Shown here: positions 13,648-26,030 of the stretch, piece by piece
How positions within the stretch are numbered: position 1 is the stretch's first letter
Layout: the number at the start of each line of letters is the position of its first letter
DNA from: Mobula hypostoma
Lineage: Eukaryota
Assembly (NCBI RefSeq): GCF_963921235.1
Contig: NC_086097.1
Span: 189,536,001-189,600,000 of the forward strand
Direction of reading: 5' to 3'
Length of the DNA stretch: 64,000 nucleotides
Notes under the pieces: model-generated
Seen by the model: the letters and a program-made list of their open reading frames with translations, nothing else
What the model was told of the DNA's origin: nothing
The model's database searches: none
Made by a program: the position numbers and the translations under genes

Positions 13648-14800
13648 CTGTAGCACAAATGTTCATCTTAACTGCGGATTTGCAAGGTGACGTACAGTAT
13701 GTTACATATGTAAAAAAAATCCATTTTCATTCACTATAATGTCATTAAGTAGCCATTACTCTTAATTAATCTTTAGAAATACATTGATCATCCTTAAATA
13801 TATACAATCGTTAAACTCATGAATGATGTAGAATATTAAATAACATTAAAAATCCTGCACAGGTATGCAGTGTTCAGAGTAAACCCAGATAATTGGTTTA
13901 ACATATTGTATAGCAACACTATAACTCTTTATTTTACACCAACACTTTCTGAAAATTGGTGTGCAAAGATGTTGCAAATTGGAGAAAGTGGGAAATGGAG
14001 TTTGATGCATGAAGAGGTATATTTATGGAGCTCCAGTTATTGATCTGTGGATGCTGGTGGCATGTCCATTGTCTATTGAAGAAAAGGAATAATGGGAATT
14101 GGAAAGGCAGTGCATTAGATCTGCATTCTTTTAAACTTTAAATGTTAAGTTTAAAAAAGCTGTTTTAATGCAGTCTCATTAGTATTCTACTAGGTTGGTC
14201 ATGCCTGATACAAATTCATGATTTTCCTGAAAGTGTGGGAAGGTGTACTGTATCAGACATTAGGTGTCCATTTTTCTCTTCATTTCTCTTTTTTAATCAC
14301 AGTTTCCAGACTTCAGTTGGTCTCAGCCCCTAAAGTTTTACCGGATAATGGCTTGCCATTCCAAATCATTGTTAAAGGATATATTTTTTCCTATCTATTG
14401 TAAAGCCACCTGAAAAGCAATCTTGTCACAGTGCAGAATACAATGTGTTAACTTACCCTGGTTGAAAATACTGCAATTTCAGTGCATCTTTCAAAGGACC
14501 AAATTGCTGATGAAGCCAGCAAAGTAGTCCATTTGAAAACGCCCCAAATAACGGAAATACCTCATTAAAAAAATGCTAATAAGATAGTAACGATCTGACC
14601 ACATCAAAAATATTGTTCAATACATGTATCATAATGCAGATGCTGCACTCACACAATGACAATCAAGTGTGCCTTCTGTTTCAACATATTCTTGCATGGC
14701 TCTTGACAATGGTATTTTAAGTTGACTATTTTTGGAACTAATTATGCAGTCTTGCAAGAAGAATCACCTCATACTATGTATCCACTCATTCAGATCATAC

Positions 14801-14979
14801 CATTTCATTGCTGCCCACGTCATCATAATCTTCTTCAATACCATCAGTCATCTCTTCCCCATCTGCATCAATGTCAGGGCCCCCTTCCACTTGTTCCTCT
14901 GTGGAGGTTTCTGCGTTCTCTGATATGGATTCTTCATGTGCTGATTCTGAATTTTCTTCAAGCTGCTTCTTCTGTGACT
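14801..14979 (-). CDS. RALYL: RALYL coding exon (acidic C-terminal region)
   Basis: Acceptor tgttttccctatAG, donor GTatga, 179 nt, in phase with the upstream exon (G|AG = E). Translates ESQKKQLEENSESAHEESISENAETSTEEQVEGGPDIDADGEEMTDGIEEDYDDVGSNEM, matching the recalled human EAQKKQLEE...EGGPDADGEEMTDGIEEDFD. Confidence 0.93.
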
Positions 14980-16213
14980 CTATAGGGAAAACACAGGATC
15001 ATCACCTTCACTACTTCTGAGATTCATAGATGATACTAAATAGAATAAAAACACAGAAGACTTGTGCTTGGATATCAGCTGTACTGATAATAAATCCATA
15101 AAACAAACAATTAAGATTACTAAACAGTATAATAATGGGCTGACCTTTCTGCACTTGTCACTTCAGTCACATGTTGCCTTGTTCTAGTTTGAATGCGTTT
15201 TGTCAGTTGCCCAAGAATATACTGAATTCAGTGAGCATTGAATTTATCTGTTTGTTTTATTTTGAGATATAGCACAGTTATAGTCTCAGAGATATAGACC
15301 CTTTTGGCCCAAGGTGACACCCATGTACACCTATGTGACCAATCAACCTACTAACCTGTATGGCTCTGAAATGTGGGAGGAGACCCACATTTCAGCCAGA
15401 GGAAATCCATATGGTCACGAGGAGAACGTACAAACTCTTTTCAGACAGCTGGTGCTGTAATACATTTTCACTAGCACTAAGCTAACGTGCCGCCCTCTAA
15501 TAATTAAATACAAATACATTTTGGTAAAAGGAAAAAGGAAGCCACAAAGTCTTGGAAAGTACAGGAGTTGGGATGAGGCAGCAGGACTGGATAAATGGCT
15601 GCTGTGATCACAGAATATCAACTCTTGCCCGAGAAGTGACTTGGATCCATTCCAATTTGCCTCCTGGAGCAACAGGTACATGGCAGGTACTATTTTATTG
15701 GCCCTTCACTCACTTGCAATGACTCTTCATCTCATGTTTATGATACTGATTGCACATTTATTTATTTACTATCATTTCTTTCTATTTGTATTTGCACAGT
15801 TTGTTGTCTTTTTGCACACTGGCTGAACGCCCAAAATAGGTGCAGAGTTACACTGATTCTATATTTGTTTATTATTGTACTATGGATTTATTGAAAATGC
15901 CCATTGGAAAATGAATCTCATGATTGTATATGGTGACATATATGTACTTTGATATTAAATTTACATTGAACTTTGGCAATAACTGAGTGTAGGGAGTGCT
16001 GCAGATTCATTGCTGAAGATTCAGTCAGTGATTGCCAGTTCTAGCCAGGCTGCTTGCTGCTTTAACATGCCACCATTAATCAAATTAATTTTTACAGCCT
16101 AGATTCAGGTCAAGCTAGTGCTGGTCAAAGTCCAATGCACCACATAAAAGGCAGGCAATTTAAGACTTACACTAGTTGTAAAAATCATTCAGTACGCTTG
16201 TTGGAAGCCATGG

Positions 16214-16420
16214 ATGGTTAGAAATGAGAAGGGCTCTCAGACGTTTTGCTGCTGTGTAATGGAGGATGAGGTGAAGGAAAGATCAATGACTGCAGGTGTC
16301 AGGAAGATCTTCAGATCAATTCCAAAGCAATACTTAGTGAAAACACACATGATCAATGTTAGGAATCAAACTCCAAGACGGAGGATGCAGTGCAGGTAAA
16401 AATTCAATGATCTCACAAAT
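16214..16420 (+). pseudogene. Decayed Myb/SANT-like domain, probably from a Harbinger transposon
   Basis: Reads INVRNQTPRRRMQCR*KFNDL, resembling the QCRKKFNDL motif of Harbinger Myb/SANT proteins. Confidence 0.45.
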
Positions 16421-16956
16421 ATGCTCAGGTTCAGTTAATACAATTTGAAATGTAATGTCTTTTGACTTGTTCATGGCTCAGTGAAACATACCCCCAAATT
16501 TCACCTACCAACAATCTCAATCACTCAGAATTGAGCCATAACATTTCTATGCCTGCTTTAAATTCTCCTATTTACAACTATGGAAATGTAATTTTACAGA
16601 TAATTATGTCACATTCATTATTACACTTCCCTCTCTCATTTCCAGAGAAGATATTAGGTGAGATTGGGAGACTGGAAAATGAAAGACAAAGAGGAAGGAA
16701 AGAAGGAAAGATAAATGGAAGTAAAAATAGATAAGGATAGAAATGATAAGGAGGAGATCAAAGCCAAAGGTTGTAGACAGAAATTGGCAAGAACGGAAGT
16801 CAAGGGCTGATGGCTGAAGCATTGGGTTAGCAGGTCTGAAGTCGGGGGCCCAATGTTTGCAAGTCTACAATCTGAGAGTCCCAGGCCAAGGACTTCAGAG
16901 GCAGCCTATCCTCCTGGGGTTGGAGGCATGAATGTGTGTGAGTGAGTGAGTGGAAA

Positions 16957-17140
16957 CAACACACACGAATGCTGGAGGAACTCAGCAGGCCAGGCAGCAT
17001 CTATGGAAGTACAGTCGACGTTTTGGACTGAAACCTGAACTGTACCTTTTTCCATAGATGCTGCCTGGCCTGCTGAGTTCCTCCAGCATTTTGTGTGTGT
17101 TGTTCAGATTTTCAGCATCTGCAGATCTCCTCTTGTTTGT
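16957..17140. repeat. Penelope-derived fold-back hairpin, ribozyme core deleted
   Basis: Inverted arms aatgctggaggaactcagcaggccaggcagcatctatgg and ccatagatgctgcctggcctgctgagttcctccagcatt. Confidence 0.8.
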
Positions 17141-17349
17141 GAGTGTGTGGGAGGCTTCTTTTTGCTGTTTTTGTTTTGTTCTTGACTCCTGTGTTGTTTT
17201 TGTTGCTGCATGTGTTGTTCTGCTGAACAATATGGGCATGCTATGTTAGTGCTGTTCCCACCATATCCTCAAACTGTGTTGGTTGCTAACGCAAAAAATG
17301 CATTTCACTGAATGTTTTGATGTACATGTGATGAATAATAAATGAATGA

Positions 17350-17580
17350 ATGAAATGAGATTAGGAGAAAGAGAACAAAGAAAAGGGAAAGTCAGAGAGA
17401 AGATGGTAGTAGGAAAGAGCGTGGGAAGGAGATTAAGGGAGAAGGAAAGACTATAAGAGAAAAAGACAGATTGAGAAAGATAAAGAGAGAGTGAATTGAG
17501 GGGGGAAAGCTGAGAAAGATAGATAAAGAGAGAATGACTAAGACAGTGAAGTGAGAGAGAAGGAGGGAGGGAAGGACGAG
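17350..17580. repeat. Purine-rich (GA) low-complexity tract
   Basis: Predominantly A/G on the + strand. Confidence 0.75.
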
Positions 17581-20304
17581 GCACAATGCCACTTAATCTA
17601 ACCACTACAGCCATCGAGTTACCTTGCATAGACTATAATATCATGCAATGAAATGCTGGGGCTGGTATAGCTTGCAACTTTAGTGGGATGAAGGATGGCT
17701 AAGATTATAGATTTTATAAGATGAAGCGGTCTAGGCTGTCTGCAGCAGATAAGTCAGATGAGACCATGACCTCCATTTCAGCACTTGCAGACTGAACCAC
17801 AATTCTTATTTCAAATTCCACTGCCACACAAGAAGCCATTTCTCATCTGAATATGGAGGAGGAAGTTCCATTAGTTGTCATCTGAGCTCAACCAGCTGGT
17901 TTGGAGAAAATCCCTTCAAAAATAGCTTTGAACATATCACTGCATTTCCGCAATCTTGACTCCAACAGATTGTCCACCACCCTAGGGATTTGGCAGTGGA
18001 GCCAAGAGGCACAAGCATGTTATCCAGACAGTTGTCCTATCTCACCATTGCAGCCTGAGTGGTCAGACTCAAGGGAAGAATATATAGTGTGAGCTGGGCA
18101 TTGCTGTAACCTTCTTCTTTGCAAATCACCAGCTTTCCATCAGAAAAGCTGCAGCTACTAAGACAATCAAAGTCAAAGCAGAAAGAAATATTTTACTAAT
18201 TTTTGATCATGGTAGTTCAAATCCAAAGAGTGCTTCAGCAAAACTTGAAGGGACCACAAGGGCCATTCATTCAGTATCTCTTATCCTTTATTTTGACTTG
18301 GTTTGATGTATAACTTGGATTTTTGTGTTGGCATTTATTATGCAATTGTGATGTTTGTTGCAATGGTTACAGCAGAACGAAAGCAAGCTATCTGAGTGGT
18401 AGTGTATGTGATAATGGAACACAAAGGAAGATGGAAGCTGTAGGCTTATATCAACCTGCCTATGTTGAGTGCTGGGGGCAACTTCCAATGGCCTAAAATT
18501 AATTAAATGAAAGCTAAGGGGTGATTTGTGAATATCATTACTTTTTATTGTCTTTCTAAGTGGGGGACCTGGGTTAAATTAAGAAAACTGAAAAAGAAGA
18601 CAGCCATTATTTTATTATATTAAGGAATGAATAATTTACAACAAGTTAAACTAAGCAGATTGAATTGTCTCCAAGGCTCCAAATTTTTATTTACTTTTAT
18701 TTTAAATAATTATCAAATGAATAACTACCTCATTGTAAAGAGTAAGATTTGATAGCAAGTACGGTATTATTTTGAAGCTGCAGCAGGTGGGAGTTGGTAG
18801 AGGGCAGCCACAGAAAGGTTTTGTATCTTCAGGAAGAATTCAGATTTAGATGCTGCATTGGAAGTGGTCAGAATTGCAGACTGAAAGCAGAAAGAACTGG
18901 AGCATTTGATCCAGGAGGCAGTCACCTCCCTTAGGTTAGAAAGCAGTCTAGGGAATGGACAGTGGTCAGGAACTGGAGGATGTGACCACAGATCAGACAG
19001 GTATGAGCTACAAGAATACAATAGTGCCTTTGATATTTTTTGAACAGCTATGATGTACTTGCTACTTTTGTGAACAGTAACGAATACGGTTAGACAGGGT
19101 CCGGGGTACTAGAAACCATTCAAGGTTGGGGATTTAGGGATAATATACTCTAGGCCAGACGGCATTGCAAACAAGTTTTCAGATGATACCAAGACAGGTG
19201 GAGGAACAGGTAAATCAATGAGGCAGGGAGTCTGCAGAAGGATATGGTGAAGTTGGGAGAGTTGGAATGATAAAACAATCTGTTAGCAGTTATTGGCAAA
19301 ATGCTAGAATTTATACTTAGGAATGTGGTGGAAGAGCAATTAAAATGTCATAATATGATTGAGTAAATTTTACTGATTTAAGAAAAATCTAACACAATAT
19401 TGAAAATGTAGCTAAAAGGCAGCTGAGGTGAGGAAACAGTGAGATTGATGTAAAAGGAATTTCAAAAGGCTTTTGATAAAGTATCACAGAAAGGGCTCAT
19501 TGGGCTACATATTAGCATGGATGGAATATTAGTTAAAGGCAGAAAATGGAATAGAAATGAATGGATCTTTCTCAGACTTAAGGTTGTTACTTCGTTTGTT
19601 CTGATAGTATTAGCATTGTGCCCTCAGATGTTTATAATTTATGCTAATGACTGAACGTATTACCCTTGGTGAGTAAGTTAGTTGATTAGAAGACAGAAAA
19701 TCTGTATTAGGACAGACATAGGTTGAGCAAGCACAAAACAAGGTGGCAGATGGTGTATAAATTGTGCAGGTGTAAGATTATTCATTTTTACAGGATTAAT
19801 GGAGAAACACCATATTTAATCAGTGAGAAACTAGTAAATGTTGGTGTACAGAGGAGATGTTAGGGAATTGGTTCATGAAACACACAAACTCAGCAAGCAA
19901 ATAAAGATTATAAGCAAGAGAACCAGGAGACAACATGGCCCCTCCTACTTTCTCCTCTATCCAATGTGATCATAGCTGATCTATAATCTCATCACTTTCC
20001 TCACCCCAGCCTCATAACCCTCCATTCTTTTCATTTCCAAAAATTTGCAAAACTCAGTACTGAACACTCAATATCTCTGTTCTTCTTCAGGATTTAGAAT
20101 GACTTAATTCTTCTGAAGTTACAGTGAAGACTAGTACTGTTTCCCTTTTTAATCGCTGGCTGTACTGGCTTACTAATAATCAACAATCCTTGCGGAAGGT
20201 CATACTTTCCAATCCTCATGCTACTTATGCTATTTTTGACAAATCAGCATTTTCCACACTGTAGTATATCTGCTCTCATCTCTGACCAGCACTTATCCTA
20301 TTAA

Positions 20305-20983
20305 CACACAAAAAATGCTGGAGGAACTCGGGGAAAAGGGGGTGGGGAATGGTGAATTGGGGGGGAGGTGGGCATTACTGGAACTTTGAGAATTCTATAT
20401 TCATGTCATCAGGTTGCAGGCTACACAGACGGAATATAAGGTGTTGTTTCTCCAACTTGAGAATGGCCTCATCGTGACAGTAGAAGAGGACATGGTTTGA
20501 CATATGGGAATGGGAACAACTCAGATAATGTCTTCTGGCAATGCTCCCCCTTTACCATTCCCTATTCCCTTTTCCCTCTCTCATCTTATCTCCTTGTCTG
20601 CCCATCATCTCTCTCTGGTTCTTCCCCCCCCCCCCACCCTTTTCTTTCTTCCATGGCCTTCTGTCCTCTCCTGTCAGACTCCCCCTTCTCCAGCCCTGTA
20701 TCTCTTTCACCAATCAATTTCCCAGCTCTTTGCTTCATTCCTCCCCCCTCCTGGTTTCACCTATCACCTTGTGTTTCTCTCTCCCCTTTCCCCCACCTTT
20801 TAAATCTACTCCTCATCTTTTTTTCTCAAATCCTGCAGAAAGGTCTTGGCCTGAAAGGTCAACTGTACATTTTTTCATAGACACTGCCTGGCCTGCTGAG
20901 TTCCTCCATCATCTGCAGATTTCCTCCAGCAGTGTGCGTGTTGCTTGGATTTCTAGCATCTGCAGATTTTCTCTTTTTTGTGA
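20305..20983. mobile_element. Penelope-like insertion with inverted 5' part and degenerate hammerhead
   Basis: GIY-YIG C-terminal remnant on minus (about 20375-20460), forward pseudo-LTR 20540-20983, 13-bp TSD cttatcctattaa/cttagcctattaa. Confidence 0.75.
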
Positions 20984-21734
20984 CTTAGCCTATTAATACA
21001 CCTCTCTGAATCCTTACAACTCAAAATGTCAGTCAGTTTTGCATCATTGGCTTGACTTGAATAGATCGCATTAGTATCACTTTCCAAATTATTAATATTG
21101 ATTGTGAACAGCAGGGCCATCTAGTGCATTCATTATCAGCAAAGCCATCTTTTTCAAAACACTGGGATGCAGATCGTCAGATTCCGGGGATTTATTGGCC
21201 TTCTCTCCCATTAATTTTCCAACACAATACTTCTGTAAATGTTTAATTTCTTTAAGCTTTCATTCAGTCTAGGTTTGTTGCTCTTTACTATTTCAAGGAT
21301 ATTTTCTATGTTTACATTGTACAAAGTAATTCATGGATCTCTCTGCCTTTTATTTATTTCCCTAGTATAAGTTTGCCTGTCTCAGAGCAAATAGAGTGTT
21401 GCCCTGTATTGCAAATGAGTTGTAATGCAAAAGGGTGACCATTTGCTGGAAAAATACGTGTCTTTTGTGAGACCATGACTGCATTCTGCTTGCAGCTAGC
21501 AGCTTTGTGAAAAGAAATTCAGCAAGCAACATTGGCAAGCAGCAATTCCAAAGGATATGCAAAGATGAAGAGACTTGGGTGTGCATGTACACCAATCTCT
21601 GTAGATAGGAAGGCTTGCAAGTGAGCAGCTTTTAAAATGACTGGGATCCTAGGCTGGAGATATAGAATATAGAAACTGAGAGGTTATATATAAAATACTG
21701 ATTAGGCCACAACTGTAGAATTTTGGCCATGGCC

Positions 21735-21930
21735 CCAGAAAAGATGCCTTGCGGGTTTAATCTCAACCTGGGTATGTGGAGTTTGTCACATTCTGCATGG
21801 GTTTTACCTTGGTGCCCCAGTTTCCCCCACATCCTAAAAATGGTCAGGTTGGTTCCTCAATTGGCCTCTGTAAATTCCCCAAGTATGTTGGTAAATGCGG
21901 GGGAGTGGATGGGAATGCAGGGAGAATAAA
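21735..21930 (+). mobile_element. V-SINE-like fragment
   Basis: tggagtttg...tgggtttt...gtttcccccacatcc resembles the V-SINE core. Related minus-strand pieces lie near 15290-15490, 22590-23110 and 26260-26530. Confidence 0.5.
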
Positions 21931-22710
21931 AAGGTATTAATATAACCAGTTAGTACAGACTCAATGACACTAAAAGCATCTAAGAACAAGTGGATCTCTC
22001 TGAAGTAAGGGTATGTAGTTTGTCATCTGTATCAATGATTTGGACGATAATGTGGTAAACTGGATCAACAATTTTATGAACACCCAAATTGAGGGTATAG
22101 TGGACAGTGGGGAAGACTATCAAAACTTACAATGAGATCCGGACCAGCTGAAAAAATGGGTTGAAAAATGGCAGGTGGGATTTAATGCAGTCAAGAGTGA
22201 GATGTGGCACTTTGGGAGGACAAATCAGGGTAGGACTTACATGGTGAGCAGTAGGGCACTGAGGAGTGAGGTAGAACAGAGGGATCTGGGAAGACTCATT
22301 AACAATTCCTCGAAAGTGACGACATAGGTAGATAGGTTCATAAAGAAAGTTTTTGGCACACTTGCCTTCAAGATCAATCTATTGAGTACAGGAGTTGGGA
22401 TGTTATGTTGAAGTTGTATAAGACATTGTTGAGGCCTAATTTGGGGTATTGTGTGCAGAGTGCAGCAGAAATTTACAAGGGTGTTGCCAGGGCTTGAGGA
22501 CCTAAGTTATAGAGAGAGATTAATTAAGTTAGGAGTTCATTCCCTAGAGTGTAGAAAAATGAGGGGATATTTGATGGAAGTAAACAAAATTAATTTATTT
22601 AGAGATTCAGCATGGAACAGGCCCTTCTGGCCCTTATAGCCTCATCACCTAGCAACCCATTGATTTAATCCTAGCCGAATCATGGGATAACCAATTAACT
22701 TATTCACTGG

Positions 22711-22985
22711 AACACACATCAAAGTTGCTGGTGAACGCAGCAGGCCAGGCAGCACCTCTAGGAAGAGGTACAGTCGACGTTTCGGGCTGAGACCCTTCGT
22801 CAGGACTAACTGAAGGAAGAGCTAGTAAGAGATTTTAAAGTTAGTCCTTCAGTTAGTCCTGACGAAGTATCTCGGCCCAAAACGTCGACTGTACCTCTTC
22901 CTAGAGATGCTGCCTGGCCTGCTGCGTTCACCAGGAACTTTGATGTGTGTTGCTTGAATTTCCAGCATCTGCAGAATTCCTCGTG
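22711..22985. mobile_element. Penelope-derived fold-back element with two opposed hammerhead motifs
   Basis: Inverted arms of about 105 bp; 16-bp TSD ttaacttattcactgg/ttaacctattcactgg (22695-22710, 22986-23001). Confidence 0.85.
22771..22808 (-). ncRNA. Minimal type I hammerhead ribozyme, core intact
   Basis: UAGUC-CUGACGA-A-GGG UCUCAG CCC-GAAAC-GUC-GACUG. The opposite-arm copy (22854-22891, +) has GAAA changed to AAAA and a broken stem II. Confidence 0.75.
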
Positions 22986-23865
22986 TTAACCTATTCACTG
23001 GTATATTTCCGTTCTGTGAGAGGAAACTGAAGCATCAGGAGGAAACCAACAGGAAGGAATGTACAAACTTGCTTACCGAAGAGGCTGGAATTGACTCCGA
23101 TCTCTGATGCCCCGAACAGTATTAATGTCACATAAAGAGCTACACTACTGTGGGTATAGATAGGGTTAATGCAAGCAGACTTATTTTCCACTGAGGTTGG
23201 GTGAGACTAGAACGAGAGGTCATAGCTTAAGGGAGGAAGGTGAAATGTTTAAGGGGAACATGGGGGAGAATTTCTTCACTCAGGGGGTAGTGGGAGTGTG
23301 GAATGAGCTTCCAGCAGAAGTGGTGGATGTTAATTCGATGTCAACATTTAAAAGAAATTTGGATTGGTACATGGATGGGAATGGCATGGAGGGATATGGT
23401 CCAGGTGCAGGTAGATGGGACCTGGCATGAACTAGATGGGCTGAAGGGCCTGCTTCCTTACTGTAGTGTTCTATGACTCTATATAAATATTATACCTGGT
23501 GCAGCACTCCTTATAGAATTCACATGCTGCAAGCACATATGGGAACACTATATAATAGTTCGATTGAATTAATCATGAAATTGATGGCAGCTCTAAACAT
23601 CACAGGCAGAGCGATGTGGAGGAGAATGTAGCTGGTGTTAAGTGTGCATGGTACACACCACTTGTCTAACTGGAAATAAATTATCATCCAATATTGGGTG
23701 CTACACTGTCAGAATTTGGAGTTGCATTTCTTTATCCGCTGCTGTGATAATGTATGGACTGTAGTGCAGATTTTTAATGATTTCATGAGCTTACATTTGC
23801 ATAACTCTCTGAATGCTTGTACAATTTGAACCAGGAGCTGTCTAAACAAAACTTTACAAATGTTC

Positions 23866-24083
23866 GCAACACACATCAAAGTTGCTGGTGAATGCAGCGG
23901 GCCAGGCAGCATCTCTAGGAAGAGGTACAGTCGACGTTTCGGGCTGAGACCCTTCGTCAGGTCTCGGCCCGAAACGTTGACTGTACCTCTTCCTAGAGAT
24001 GCTGCCAGGCCTGCTGCGCTCACCAGTAACTTTGATGTATGTTGCTTGAATTTCCAGCATCTGCAGATTTCCTCATGTTTGCG
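23866..24083. mobile_element. Penelope-derived fold-back element
   Basis: Inverted arms; perfect 13-bp TSD tttacaaatgttc (23853-23865, 24084-24096); minus-strand hammerhead core at 23928-23961 lacks the 5' strand of stem I. Confidence 0.85.
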
Positions 24084-24673
24084 TTTACAAATGTTCAACT
24101 AGAATACCCATTGTATTCCTGGTCAATATGGTCAATATAGTTTGGAGCTCGGTGAAAGAAGTATCCAAATTGCATGGAGGGCTCGGAAACTGGAATCCTT
24201 TTCAATACCACTGACTTCTATTGTAAGACTCTGAAGTTATTTTGGAGTTTTGCTATAAGATGAAGGACTCCTCAGATTCTGGTTCTTAGCATTTGATATA
24301 TGCTTGGCAGATGTAATGGGAGCAGCTTAGACACATACCCTGACAGATAGAATTGCACTTAAGCTCTTTCGGTCTTTATCTTGCCTTGGAGACTATGTCA
24401 TGATTGTAGAGATGTGCTTTGTCTTTGGTGATAGAACAGCACAAGCTGATGCATCAGGGGCAAACAAAGGCAATCTACTGAGTCCTCATTAAGTTTATTT
24501 ATTCACAAATGCTCCAGCAACCGTCAGCAATAAAAAAAACACGCGCGCATTGTTAACCCTTACTGTGTACGAAAAGGAAAGATCATTCAAATTGCAATTT
24601 TAGCAGAGAACCCAAACTTGAATGCTAATCATAAAACATGTATCACATCAGTGATTTAGAGGGCTTAATAGGA

Positions 24674-26030
24674 AAGCCCCTCGCGTAGTTTGTCAGCTTG
24701 TCGTGCCGCGAGGGCTTGTGTGCATCAATGATGCTGAGAGTTGAGTCATCGGTAGCTCATCTGTTGGCAGGGCAGGGTCTCCCATGATGGACAAGCCTCA
24801 GCTGAGACAAACGGCCCACCTGGGCAGTGGAAGAAAAGCCTGGCAATCTACTTCTGTATCTTGCCACGAAAACCCAATAGATAACTACAGTAAAACAAAT
24901 ATAGACTATGACGTAGTGCTGGAAAATGAGACCACCAGGAAGAGCTGATGACCCTCCAGAGTAAGGCCAGGATGTATGACGCAGTTGAAGTAAAGCCTTT
25001 GGGACCTTCAGTTGCTGCTGTTCTGGGGTACAAAATGAGGGTCAGAGGCTGCAAAGATATGTTGATGTTAGGTACATGGAACATACACTGTATGAACCAA
25101 GGAAAGTTAGAGATGGTGAAAGATGAAATGCGATGCTTGCAAATTAACCTACTTGGAATCAGCAAGCTGAAGTGGACTGATACGGGACACTTTCAATCCG
25201 ATCAACACTGGATATGCTATGCCAGAAATGACAAGTACCGGAGGAACTTGCTGAAGCTGTGTTGAAAATCAATGCAGTCAGCAATTTCCTAATCTCAATT
25301 TGTCTACAATGAAGACCTATCAACATAACCATCATACAAATATATGCACCCACAACAGATGCAGAGGAAGATTAAATAGATCAGTTGTATGAGCAAGTGC
25401 AGGCTGGACTTGTTGGAACATGCAAACAAGATAAACTGATAGTTATTAAAGTTTGGAACGTGAATGCTGGGAGTGAAAAGGACGGTCAAAAAGTCAGCAA
25501 ATATGAACTGGGTACCAGAAATGTTGCTGGATAACGTTTAATCAACATCTGCAAAAACAACAACTTGTTCAGCTCAAGCACATTTTTCCGACAACACAAA
25601 CGCAGACTGTATACTTGGACCTCTCCCAATGGATTACACATAATCCATTTGGTTTCTATCTGTGGATGGCAAAGTTCGGTACTGTCGACAAAAACAAAAC
25701 TGGGAGGTGACTGTGGCTCAGACCACCAACTACCAACCATGCAAGCTCAAAGTAAAATTGAGGAAGCACAAGCCTTTCACCAGAATACCAAAATATGATC
25801 TTCAAAATATTCCAGCAGATGCCCTGAACAATTGTTTCGCTGCTCTAAACACAACTGATAGAACACCAGAGGGAATGAGGGGAAGTATTGAGAATGAGTA
25901 CACAAAGTATTGAGTACACAAGGAATTTGAAAAAGGTTCAGCAAAAGGCGAAAACACAGAAAAGACCGGATTAGATGAATGAAGAAACACTAAAAATCAT
26001 ACAGGAAAAAAAAAAGGAAGCCAAAAAATA
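24674..26030 (+). mobile_element. BovB-like RTE LINE 5' portion (5' UTR and APE domain), decayed
   Basis: LGTWNIHCMNQGKLEMVKDEM, LGISKLKW, QHKRRLYTWTSPNG and GDCGSDH motifs; BovA-like UTR motif tggcaatctacttctgtatcttgcc. Confidence 0.85.

Larger units (their letters stand above)
22020..23482 (+). mobile_element. CR1 3' part interrupted by a SINE that itself holds a Penelope hairpin
   Basis: RT C-terminal motifs 22020-22590; FFTQGVVGVWNELP and tail (ttctatgactcta) 23150-23482. Confidence 0.8.

Noticed and set aside
20826..20866. Active hammerheads at about 20830 (+), 22854-22891 (+), about 36994-37031 (-) and about 34670-34720
   Set aside because: Core substitutions or deletions (CUGCAGA, GAAA to AAAA, missing CUGANGA) make activity unlikely.
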